Origin: Alphaproteobacteria bacterium
Lineage (GTDB): Bacteria; Pseudomonadota; Alphaproteobacteria; Bin95
DNA: 64,000 nt
Assembly (NCBI GenBank): GCA_963665325.3
Contig: CAXXWS020000003.1
Location: forward strand, 32,001-96,000
Direction: 5' to 3'
Below, in pieces: positions 27,755 through 36,744 of the stretch. The notes beneath the pieces were generated by a model that had not been told where the DNA came from, ran no database searches, and saw only the letters and a program-made list of their open reading frames with translations. How positions within the stretch are numbered: the stretch's first letter is position 1; the number at the start of each line of letters is the position of its first letter. Both the position numbers and the translations under genes were made by a program.

Positions 27755-28872
27755 CCCGGAGGCCGATATTCCGGAGAGCGCGCGCTCCCCTGGCGATGCG
27801 CGCGGTGGGCTGGGCGCTCATGGCGGCGGTCCTGGGCTTGCTGCTCTGGATCGTCTTGGGCGGAGTTGCTCACTCCGGCGATCCGAAGGCAGAAGCGCGT
27901 GCCATCGGCAATGCGGGTACGGCCACCGCGCGCGCAATTGCAAGGGACGCCTCGAAGGCCGCCGCCGTGCCGGGCTATGCCGGCACGAACATCCCGGAGC
28001 GCAATATCGGCGCGAATGCCCTGGAGGACGAAGGCCGGGCCCGGCTCGCCGACCCGGACGATCCCGGCGGGCAGGCGGGACGCAGCGTCGTCGAGGGCGT
28101 GACGGTCCGGCCCCACGTGCCGGTGACGGTGAGCGATCCCGGCATCGCGCGCGGCAAGGCCGTCTCCGCCGATCCCGGCAATGCCGCCCATGGCGCCGAC
28201 AATCTCGCCTCGGGCAGCGTTTCCGACTGCGGCGCGGGATTGCAGGACGCGCAGGACGGCGGGGCTTGCGGCTCGGTCCGCTGGTGCGTCGGCGCCGGCT
28301 GCGAGACGGTGGAGCCGGAGGCCAATACCGGCTTCGTCGAGGCCACGACCCGGCTCAACATGACGCTGGAGCTGGGCGGCGAGGAGTTCGACCGCGAGAA
28401 CCTGCGCTTCTTCGCCGGCAAGCGGCGGCGCTGCCACATCCATTTCGGGGGGCTCGCGAACTGCTGCAGGAACTCGGGGCTCCTGGTCGGGCTCGCCAAC
28501 TGCTCGGCCTCGGAGCGCGAGCTGGCGAAGGAGCGCAACGCCGGCAACACCCACTATCTCGGCCGATACTGCTCGAAGCGCGTCTTCGGCGTCTGCATCC
28601 GCCGGTCGCGGGCCTGGTGCGTGTTCGGCTCGAAGCTCGGACGCATCCTCCAGCAGCAGGCGCGGCCCCAGCTCGGGATCGGCTGGGGCAGCTGCCGGGG
28701 TTTCTCGGTGGCCGAGGTCGAGCGCATCGATTTCGCGAGCCTCGATCTCTCCGAGTTCACGCAGGACCTGATGGACGGCTCGAAGGAGCCGGCGGTGACC
28801 CTGCCCGACGCCGGCGACACGCAGTCGGTCATGCGCGACCGGGTGCGCGACTTCTACGGGAGAAGCCCGTGA
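27751..28872 (+). CDS. traN: Mating-pair stabilisation protein TraN (short form)
   Basis: Cys-rich C-terminus NCC, YLGRYCS, CVFGSKLGRILQQQAR.QL, CRGFS, IDF..LDLSE. Confidence 0.9.
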   Translation: MTRRPIFRRARAPLAMRAVGWALMAAVLGLLLWIVLGGVAHSGDPKAEARAIGNAGTATARAIARDASKAAAVPGYAGTNIPERNIGANALEDEGRARLADPDDPGGQAGRSVVEGVTVRPHVPVTVSDPGIARGKAVSADPGNAAHGADNLASGSVSDCGAGLQDAQDGGACGSVRWCVGAGCETVEPEANTGFVEATTRLNMTLELGGEEFDRENLRFFAGKRRRCHIHFGGLANCCRNSGLLVGLANCSASERELAKERNAGNTHYLGRYCSKRVFGVCIRRSRAWCVFGSKLGRILQQQARPQLGIGWGSCRGFSVAEVERIDFASLDLSEFTQDLMDGSKEPAVTLPDAGDTQSVMRDRVRDFYGRSP

Positions 28873-29729
28873 TGGCGGTCGCGGCGAAGCTCACCCTCTT
28901 GCGCGCCCTGGGACGCGTCCTTGCGGCGATCGGCATATGGGCGGCGCTCGGCGCCCCGGCGGCGGGCGGGGACACTCGTGCCGGAGAATGGCGGTCCTGG
29001 TGCACCGATCCGGGCTCCGGCGCCTCGCTCGGCTGGCACTTCTACTGCGACCGGGAGGAAGAGCGGCGGGAAGCCGAACCGGCGCCGGCGCAGCCGGAAC
29101 CGTCTGCCGCCAAGGATGCGCAATCGGCCACCGAGCGCATCATGGCGCTGCGCCGCGCTCTGGAGGAGGCCCGCGCCGAGGCGATCCTCGATCCAACGCC
29201 GGCGAAGGTGACCGCCTATCTGCGGCTTCAGCAGAAGACCCTGCAACGGGCCGCTGTCTTCTCCGACGCCTTCCGGCGCACGGTCTGGGCGACGCCGGAG
29301 CTCGACTACACGCTGAAGCGCCCGGTCGGCGCGCTCGCCAAGCAGGTCTGGTCGGACGAACGGCGCGAGGCCCGCGACCGGGCATTGGCGAGCCTGAAGG
29401 ACCGCTACGGGCTGATCTATCTGGGCCATGCCGGCTGTGCGGGCTGCAAGGTGTTCGGCCCGCTGCTGCGCGCCTTCGCCATGCGCCACGGCCTCGACGT
29501 GCTGGCCGTGTCGCTCACCGGCGCGGCGCTGGAGGGCTGGCCCGAGGCGGTCGCCGACAACGGGCGCGCCGCCCGGCTCGGCCTCGGCAACGCCCCGGTG
29601 CCAGCGCTGGTGCTGTTCGACACGAGGACGAAGCGCGTCCTGCCGGTCGGCTTCGGCGTGATGGCCGAGGACGAGATGGCCGAGCGCATCTTCGCGCTCA
29701 CCGCCCTGGAGCCCGGACATGACTATTGA
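28872..29729 (+). CDS. traF: F-type TraF (thioredoxin-like)
   Basis: GWHFYCD, AILDPT, PELDY, CAGC, VPALVL. Confidence 0.92.
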   Translation: MAVAAKLTLLRALGRVLAAIGIWAALGAPAAGGDTRAGEWRSWCTDPGSGASLGWHFYCDREEERREAEPAPAQPEPSAAKDAQSATERIMALRRALEEARAEAILDPTPAKVTAYLRLQQKTLQRAAVFSDAFRRTVWATPELDYTLKRPVGALAKQVWSDERREARDRALASLKDRYGLIYLGHAGCAGCKVFGPLLRAFAMRHGLDVLAVSLTGAALEGWPEAVADNGRAARLGLGNAPVPALVLFDTRTKRVLPVGFGVMAEDEMAERIFALTALEPGHDY

Positions 29730-31191
29730 GAATGCTCGCCCTCATATCGGCGGTATCCAGCTCCGGCTGCGCCGGATCGCTCTCGGCATGCTGCCGCACG
29801 CCATGATAGCCGCGACCGTGTTCGCCACCGCGCCGGCGAACGCGGACGTCCTCTCGGAGATGAACCGCTTCTGGCAGGGCGCGGCGGTCAATGTCACCGG
29901 CCCGACCGCGTTCAACGGTCAGGCCTCCGGCCATTGGACGCTGGGCAATCTCTATCTCCGCGCGCCCGTGCGCTCCGAGCAGGTCGCCACCGTGAGCCTG
30001 CCCTCCTTCCGCGCCGGCTGCGGCGGCATCGACGCCTTCGCCGGGGCGTTCTCGTTCATCAACTCGGACCAGCTGATCGCCTTCGGGCGCGCGGTCGCCC
30101 AGAACGCCGCCGGCTTCGCCTTCGAGCTGGCCCTGGAAACCATCTCGCCGGTGATCGCCGAGACCATGGCCAAGCTCAGGGCGCTGGCGCAATGGGTCAA
30201 CTCGCAGAACCTCAACTCCTGCGAGACCGCCCAGGCGCTGGTCGGCGCGCTCTGGTCGAAGAACGACCGGGCGAGCGCGTCGATCTGCGCCGCCATCGGC
30301 ACCAGCCAGGGCATCTTCTCCGACTATGCCGCCGCGAAGCACGGCTGCGGCGCCGACGGCAAGCGGAACTCCACCCTCGCCTCGGCCTCCGGGGCGATGG
30401 CCGACCAGGTGCCGGTCAACGTCAACTATGCCTGGAAGGCGATCAGGGCGTCGTCGTTCCTCTCGGGCGACACCCAGCTTGCGGAGTTCGCCATGGCGGT
30501 GACCGGCACGCTGATCGTCACGGCGCCCACCTCCGACGGCGACGCGTCGGGACCGCGGGTGCGCATCCTGGAGCCGCTGGCGCTCGACCGCCGGGTGACG
30601 GAAGTGCTGATGGAGGGCGGCGGCAGCCTGCCGGTCTATCGCTGCGATACGCCCGACCGCTGCCTCAACCCCACGCTCGGCACGGTATCGATCCCGGCCG
30701 ACCGGGGCTTCCGGGCGCGGGTGGCGGAGCTGCTGCGCGACCTCGTCGATGCGGTCAGGAACGATACCGCCCCGCCGGCCGCCGCGCTCGGTCTGGTCAA
30801 TCTCACCACCCTGCCGGTCTACCGGGTCGCCAATGCGGCAGCGGCCTATCGCGGCGCGGTGGTCGACCAGGAAATGGACGCGCTCGCCGAGGCCGTGGCG
30901 CTGGACGTCATGCAGGTCTGGCTCTCCGACCTCCACCGCACGGTCGAGGAACGCGCCGGAACCCTCGACATCGCCGACGGCGAGCAACTCCAGCGTTGGC
31001 GCGAGGGTCTCAGGACCAACCGCATCGCTCTGGCCCGGCACCGCAACGAGGGCTTGGCTCGCTTCAACACCGCGCTCGCCGTGGTCGAGAAGCTGCGCCT
31101 GATCGAGACCGAGCTCGCCGGGGCCCTCTCCGCCGATCTCCGCGCCGCACTCGCCTTCGCACGCGGCGGCGCCGGGGCCGGGTCCCGCTGA
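29719..31191 (+). CDS. traH: F-type TraH
   Basis: PSFRAGCGGIDAFAGAFSFIN, NSCETA. Confidence 0.95.
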   Translation: MTIENARPHIGGIQLRLRRIALGMLPHAMIAATVFATAPANADVLSEMNRFWQGAAVNVTGPTAFNGQASGHWTLGNLYLRAPVRSEQVATVSLPSFRAGCGGIDAFAGAFSFINSDQLIAFGRAVAQNAAGFAFELALETISPVIAETMAKLRALAQWVNSQNLNSCETAQALVGALWSKNDRASASICAAIGTSQGIFSDYAAAKHGCGADGKRNSTLASASGAMADQVPVNVNYAWKAIRASSFLSGDTQLAEFAMAVTGTLIVTAPTSDGDASGPRVRILEPLALDRRVTEVLMEGGGSLPVYRCDTPDRCLNPTLGTVSIPADRGFRARVAELLRDLVDAVRNDTAPPAAALGLVNLTTLPVYRVANAAAAYRGAVVDQEMDALAEAVALDVMQVWLSDLHRTVEERAGTLDIADGEQLQRWREGLRTNRIALARHRNEGLARFNTALAVVEKLRLIETELAGALSADLRAALAFARGGAGAGSR

Positions 31192-31216
31192 CCCGTGAAC
31201 GGGTGACACCTTAACT

Positions 31217-34135
31217 ATGTACGAGCTCTTCACCCTCGGCGGCGGCGCCTACCTGGTCGACCTGCTGAACGCGGTGGCCGCCATTACCGGCGGCGGGGCG
31301 TTTATCAATCTCGCGCAGCTGGCCGGCATGGCGGGTCTCGCCTGGGTCCTGTTCCGCACCGCCTTCGGCGGCTCGTGGAAGGACAACGCGAAGTGGATGC
31401 TGCTCTTCGCCGCCGTCTGGGGCGCGATGATCGTGCCGAAGGCGACGGTCAGGGTGGTCGACCGGCTCGATCCGGCGCTGGCGCCGGCGGTGGTCGCCAA
31501 CGTCCCCATCGGGCTCGCGCTGTTCGCGTCATTGACCAGCCAGGTCGGCGACGGTCTGACGCGCCTGACCGAACAGGCCTTCGCGCTGCCGAACGATCTC
31601 GCCTACCGGCGCCACGGGCTGATCTTCGGGGCGCGGCTGGCCGGCAAGGCGACCCGGCTCGAAGTGACCGACGCGGTGTTCGCAAGGAACATCCGCAACT
31701 ATGCCCGCCAGTGCGTCTTCCCCGCCCTGCTGCTGGGCCATGTCTCGGCGGACGATCTCAGGGAGAGCACCGACATCTGGCGGCTGGTGACCGCCACGGG
31801 CACGCCGTCGGCCGGGGCCTCGCCCGCGCGCATGGTCGAGTTCGCCACCAGGCAGGCCGCCTCCGGCACCGGCGCCACCACCGTAGACCGGACCATCGTC
31901 ACCTGCCGGGATGCGGCGGGCAGGCTGAATGCGCAGTGGAACGCCGAGATCGCGCGGGCCGGCACCATCTTCGGGCGGCGCATCTTCCCCGATGCCAGGA
32001 CCGATGCGCTGGCCAGGGCGGAGCTTCTGGCGTCGCTGCCGGCCGCGCACGACTTCCTCATAGGGGCCTCGCGCTCGGCGGGCGAGATCATGCGCCAGCA
32101 GATGGTGCTGAACGCGGTCCACGACGCCGGCGAGCAATGGGCGGCGGAAGCCGGCAACGCCGCCGCCTTGCGGGCCTACACCGAGGCCAGGGCCGAAGCC
32201 CAGACCGTCTCCGCCTACAGGGCGATCGGGCGCCAGGCCGAGACCTGGGTGCCGCTGCTGCGCATCGTCTTCGAGTGCCTCTATGTCGGCGCGTTCCCGA
32301 TGGCGGTGCTGCTCATGCTGACGCCTGCCGGGGCGACGATATTCCGGTCGTATGTGACCGGGCTGGTCTGGCTCCAGTCCTGGGGACCGCTCTATGCGGT
32401 GCTGCACCGGATCAGCATGGGGGAGGCGGCGGAACGCATGTCGGCCGCCGCCGCGATGCCGAACGGCGAGATCGGCATCTCGCTGGTCGCCCAGGCCGGC
32501 ATCCGGGCGGTCGCCGCCGATGTCGCGGTGATGTCGGGCTACCTCTCGATGTCGGTGCCCTTCCTCGCCGCCGCGCTCGCCTATGGATTGTCGAAAGCCA
32601 CGGTGCTCGCGACCTCGGTGCTGGCCGTGGGCCAGGACGCGGCCAGCTCGGCGGCGCATGAGGGCACGACCGGCAATCTGAGTCTGGCCAACACGGGCTA
32701 CGACACGCACCGCTTCGCGACGCTGGAGGGCCGCCAGATCCGCACCTCGGCCCACGTCGACAGCGACCGCTATACCGGCTATGCGCCGGCGGGCGCGGGC
32801 GTCACGGTGACCGGGGACGGCACCGTCGTCGCCGATGCGGGACAGGCCACCAGCCGCATCCCGGCGGCGGGCGTGCGGCTGTCGGAGGCGGTCGCGACCA
32901 GGTTCGAGCAGCGGGCCGACCATTCGCGGTCGCTCTCGCGGCACTGGTCGGCCGAGACCGGCATGGCGCGCAACGCCGCCGTCACCGACGCCACCGCGCT
33001 GATGGAGCGCTACAGCCACGACGTCTCCACGGGCGAGGCGTTTGCGCGCGGGGTCACGGAGAGCGAGAGCGCGCAGGCGCAGGCGCTGGAATCGCATTAC
33101 GAGAAGATGGCGGAGACGGCCGGCATCACGAAGGACCAGGCGGCGGTGCTGACCGGCCAGGCGAAGGTCGGCGGCAGCTGGGACTTCATCGTCACGGTCG
33201 GGGCGGAAGGCTCGGTCAGGTGGCGCGGCCAGACCATCGAATCCGACGCGTGGAACCGGGTGAAGGAATACGACCGCCAGCACGGCGTCACCGAGACCTG
33301 GTCGCAGGTTGCCGAGGCATCGAGACGGTATTCCACGAACACGGGCGACAGCGAGCTCGCGAGCCTCGACGAGAGCCTGTCGGCCAACCTGACGCGCATG
33401 CGCAGCTACCAGGAGCGGGCCTCGCTGGCGCGCCAGGAGGCGGAGAGCTGGTCCGAGCAGGCGTCGCAGGCGGGCTCGAACGTCCAGGCGGTCGAGCGCG
33501 ACCTGAGCCAGCCCTTCTTCGCCTGGCTCTCTGAGAGGGAAGGCGCCGACGGGCGCGCGATCGGCTCGGCCGGCGCGCTGCGCATCGTCCAGCCGCGGAC
33601 CGCGGAGGACGCCGAGCAGCTCCGGGAATACGCCGACGCCTTCGTTGCGGAAAAATTCCCCGCGCCCGCCGGCCCCGATCCGGCGGCGGTCGGCGGAGAG
33701 GCGGAGTACGGCGCCGCCACGGGCGAATTGCGCGACGCCTATGGCCGCGAGACCGCGGCGGGGTACGGCGGCTGGTCGGAGGGGGTGCGCGACCGCGCCG
33801 GCGCGGCGGGCGCGCCCCGGCCGGGCGAGACGGAGCTGCGGGCGATGGAGGAACGGGTCGAGACGAAGACCGACCTCGTGATGAAGGGCACGGCGCGCGA
33901 GGCCCGGCAGACCGTGACGGGCCGGGAGATCGCCGGGGGCCGCGCCGGCGCCTCGGCCGAGACGAGCAAGCCGTTCGAGCGGCATGTGACGGAGAGCCTG
34001 CCGGTGGCCGGCGACTGGCTCGCGGGCAAGCTGTTCGGCAGCGCGAAGAACGCCGTGCCGGACGCCGCGCCCGGCGGCGCCGGGAGCGCCGGACGGCGGC
34101 AGGACGAGAAGGGCTGGGAGGACTCCTCGCCGTGA
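31217..34135 (+). CDS. traG: F-type TraG
   Basis: TLGGG..L...LNAVAA, VANVPIGLA, WLQSWGPLYAVL; long periplasmic C-terminus. Confidence 0.93.
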   Translation: MYELFTLGGGAYLVDLLNAVAAITGGGAFINLAQLAGMAGLAWVLFRTAFGGSWKDNAKWMLLFAAVWGAMIVPKATVRVVDRLDPALAPAVVANVPIGLALFASLTSQVGDGLTRLTEQAFALPNDLAYRRHGLIFGARLAGKATRLEVTDAVFARNIRNYARQCVFPALLLGHVSADDLRESTDIWRLVTATGTPSAGASPARMVEFATRQAASGTGATTVDRTIVTCRDAAGRLNAQWNAEIARAGTIFGRRIFPDARTDALARAELLASLPAAHDFLIGASRSAGEIMRQQMVLNAVHDAGEQWAAEAGNAAALRAYTEARAEAQTVSAYRAIGRQAETWVPLLRIVFECLYVGAFPMAVLLMLTPAGATIFRSYVTGLVWLQSWGPLYAVLHRISMGEAAERMSAAAAMPNGEIGISLVAQAGIRAVAADVAVMSGYLSMSVPFLAAALAYGLSKATVLATSVLAVGQDAASSAAHEGTTGNLSLANTGYDTHRFATLEGRQIRTSAHVDSDRYTGYAPAGAGVTVTGDGTVVADAGQATSRIPAAGVRLSEAVATRFEQRADHSRSLSRHWSAETGMARNAAVTDATALMERYSHDVSTGEAFARGVTESESAQAQALESHYEKMAETAGITKDQAAVLTGQAKVGGSWDFIVTVGAEGSVRWRGQTIESDAWNRVKEYDRQHGVTETWSQVAEASRRYSTNTGDSELASLDESLSANLTRMRSYQERASLARQEAESWSEQASQAGSNVQAVERDLSQPFFAWLSEREGADGRAIGSAGALRIVQPRTAEDAEQLREYADAFVAEKFPAPAGPDPAAVGGEAEYGAATGELRDAYGRETAAGYGGWSEGVRDRAGAAGAPRPGETELRAMEERVETKTDLVMKGTAREARQTVTGREIAGGRAGASAETSKPFERHVTESLPVAGDWLAGKLFGSAKNAVPDAAPGGAGSAGRRQDEKGWEDSSP

Positions 34136-34158
34136 GGCGGGACGCGGAAACCCCGGTC

Positions 34159-34527
34159 TCAATCCCTGCGCGTCAGCCGTTCGTTCTCCTCGGCGATGCG
34201 CAGATGGGTGTAGGACCCGCTCTTCGTGGACCACTCGATCGTATCGCGGTTGTCGAACGGTTCGACACGGTGAAACGCCCGCCAGTCGCCGTCGCGGACG
34301 CTCCGCCCGAGCGCGAGCGCCAGAGAGGACAGGAAGGCCCGGACGAGCGCCGCCAGCCAGGCCGCGGCGACGGTCTCCAGGTCGAGGCCGAGCGCCGGCG
34401 CAACGGGGGTGCAGAGCGCCGCAAGGGCGATGCCGCTGAGCACGATGGCGCGTTCGCTCCCTGTGGGCGGGCGCGATCCCGGGGCGGTGTCCGGCTCCCG
34501 GTCCGGCGCGGTCGATCTGCGGGTCAT
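34159..34527 (-). CDS. Small two-TM membrane protein, entry-exclusion candidate
   Basis: Two hydrophobic helices and a charged tail; convergent with traG. Confidence 0.55.
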   Translation of the reverse strand: MTRRSTAPDREPDTAPGSRPPTGSERAIVLSGIALAALCTPVAPALGLDLETVAAAWLAALVRAFLSSLALALGRSVRDGDWRAFHRVEPFDNRDTIEWSTKSGSYTHLRIAEENERLTRRD

Positions 34528-34649
34528 GGTAACGGTCTCCCATTCTACGGGGCGGAGCGTCTTCCTCCGCCCCGGCCATCCTCGTCCCGCCCCGGGCCGG
34601 TCTCCGCCTCCTGGCGGCGATTCACCCACGCTGAGCCAGGGAGACCGTA

Positions 34650-36743
34650 ATGCGCGGCATCGGCGGCAGCACGCTGCGGGGCGGCCAGACCGTCTTCCAC
34701 GGCATCCGCATGTGGGGCCAGCTGTTCCAGGCCGCCCTGCTGTTCGCCGCCTTCATGACCGTCGCGGTGCCGGCCTGGAACCTCTGGCGCTCGACCTCAG
34801 GCGCGGAATGGTATGCCGCGGGCATGGTGACACTGGCCGAGACCAAGCTCGCGCTCGGCTACGAGCGGGACTCGGGCCAGGAAATCCGCTTTCCCGACGG
34901 CACCCGCCGGGTACTCGCCATCCGCGACATCGCCGTCTCGGTGCCGGCTCTCGAGGCGCGCGAGAAGCTCCTGGACGAACTACTGGCCAGCGCCTGGCTG
35001 GGCCTCAAGACGGGCGGCGGGCTGATCGCGGTCTTTCTCGTGGCGTTCTGGTACCGCGGCGCGCGGCTCGGGCGCCAGCGCCGCCTGCGGGGCGCCGAGC
35101 TGGTGAGCGCGGCCGAGCTGCGCCGCCGGGTGCGCCCGGCGCACCTGCGCCTGCTCGACCGCGCGCCCGGCTCAGGCAGCGTGCGGCCCTGGCGCATCGC
35201 CGGCATCCCGTATCCCGAGAGGACCGAGACCCAGCACACGATCGTCTCGGGCACCACCGGCTCGGGCAAGACGGTGCTGATCTCGGACCTGGTGGCCCAG
35301 ATCCGCGCCCGCGGCGAGCGCTGCGTGATCTACGACAAGATGGGCTCCTACACCGCGGCCTTCTTCGATCCCGCCCGCGACGTGCTGATGAACCCGCTCG
35401 ATGCCCGGGCGCCCTGCTGGTCGCCCTTCCTCGAAGCCAGGAACCCCCGCGACTTCGACATGATGGCCGCCGCGCTGATCCCGCAGCAGAAGGACACCGT
35501 GGACCCCTTCTGGGTGACGGCGGCACGCCAGCTCTTCGCCAACGGCGCGGGCGTGCTGCGCGAGAAGGGCGTCACGCAGAACCGGGTGCTGGTCGACCAC
35601 CTGCTGAAGACCGACCTCACCGCGCTCGCCCAGGCGATGGAGGGCACGGTCGCGCAGTCGATCGTCGATCCCGAGAACCCCAAGACCGCGCTCTCGGTGC
35701 GCGCCATGCTGACCGCCAATCTCGCCGCCTTCGAGTTCCTGCCCGACGAGGGCACGCCCTTCTCGATCCGGGAGTGGATCTCCCGGGAGCGGCAGGACGG
35801 ATTCCTGTTCCTGACCTCGCGCGGCGACCAGCATGCCAGTCTCAGGGGGCTGATCTCGACCTGGCTGGAAATCGCGGTCAACGCCATGCTGTCGCTCGCC
35901 CAGGACGATGGCAGGCGCATCTGGGTGATCCTCGACGAGCTGCCGACCTTGCACCAGGTGCCCTCGCTCCAGCCCGGCCTCGCCGAGTCCCGCCAGTTCG
36001 GCGGCTGCTTCGTGCTCGGGGTCCAGGTCGCCTCGGCGCTGCGCGACCTCTACGGCAGGAACGGCGCGGAGACCATCTCGGGCTTGTGCGGCACGCGGGT
36101 GGTGCTGGCCGCCCCGGACCGGGATACCGCGCAGTGGTCCGCCGACAGCCTGGGCCGCAGCGAGGTCGAGGAGATCGCCGAGGGCTACTCCTACGGCGCC
36201 AACACCATCCGCGACGGCGTCTCGCTCACCCCGCGGCGCGAGCTGCGCGCGCTGGCCCTGCCGTCGGAGATCATGCGGCTTGAGAACCTGGAGGGCTATC
36301 TCAAGTTCCCCGGCCCCTTCCCGGTCGCCTCGATCCGGCTCCGGTATGTGAAACGCCCCGCCGCCGCCGAGCGCTTCGTGCCGCGCGAGGAGGGCGCGGA
36401 GCTGTCCGCACGGCCGGAAGACGCGGCCGCTGCCGGGGACGCGCCCGTCGAAGTGCTTGCGGAAGACGGGGAATCGGGGACTCCGGAGTCCGCGTTCCGG
36501 CGGGGCGAGCCGAACCTGCCGCCGCTTCCGGAAGAGACGGACATCGCACCGTCCCGCCGCAATGGCGTTGCGGATGCGGCTGCCGGCGACGGGACCGGCC
36601 CCGGCAAGGCCGGCAACCGGCCGGACGCGCCGGCGCCGGCGGCCGGGGCGCGAGGCGACGGGGAGCCCGATGCCGGCCCCGGACCGGCGGCGAAGCCCTC
36701 CGCCGGCACGGAGGAGCCCGCCGCGCGCCCCGACTGGGTCTGA
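34650..36743 (+). CDS. traD: Type IV coupling protein TraD
   Basis: RGGQ, two TMs, GTTGSGKT, NPLDAR, DPFW, ILDELPTL. Confidence 0.95.
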   Translation: MRGIGGSTLRGGQTVFHGIRMWGQLFQAALLFAAFMTVAVPAWNLWRSTSGAEWYAAGMVTLAETKLALGYERDSGQEIRFPDGTRRVLAIRDIAVSVPALEAREKLLDELLASAWLGLKTGGGLIAVFLVAFWYRGARLGRQRRLRGAELVSAAELRRRVRPAHLRLLDRAPGSGSVRPWRIAGIPYPERTETQHTIVSGTTGSGKTVLISDLVAQIRARGERCVIYDKMGSYTAAFFDPARDVLMNPLDARAPCWSPFLEARNPRDFDMMAAALIPQQKDTVDPFWVTAARQLFANGAGVLREKGVTQNRVLVDHLLKTDLTALAQAMEGTVAQSIVDPENPKTALSVRAMLTANLAAFEFLPDEGTPFSIREWISRERQDGFLFLTSRGDQHASLRGLISTWLEIAVNAMLSLAQDDGRRIWVILDELPTLHQVPSLQPGLAESRQFGGCFVLGVQVASALRDLYGRNGAETISGLCGTRVVLAAPDRDTAQWSADSLGRSEVEEIAEGYSYGANTIRDGVSLTPRRELRALALPSEIMRLENLEGYLKFPGPFPVASIRLRYVKRPAAAERFVPREEGAELSARPEDAAAAGDAPVEVLAEDGESGTPESAFRRGEPNLPPLPEETDIAPSRRNGVADAAAGDGTGPGKAGNRPDAPAPAAGARGDGEPDAGPGPAAKPSAGTEEPAARPDWV

Positions 36744-36744
36744 C

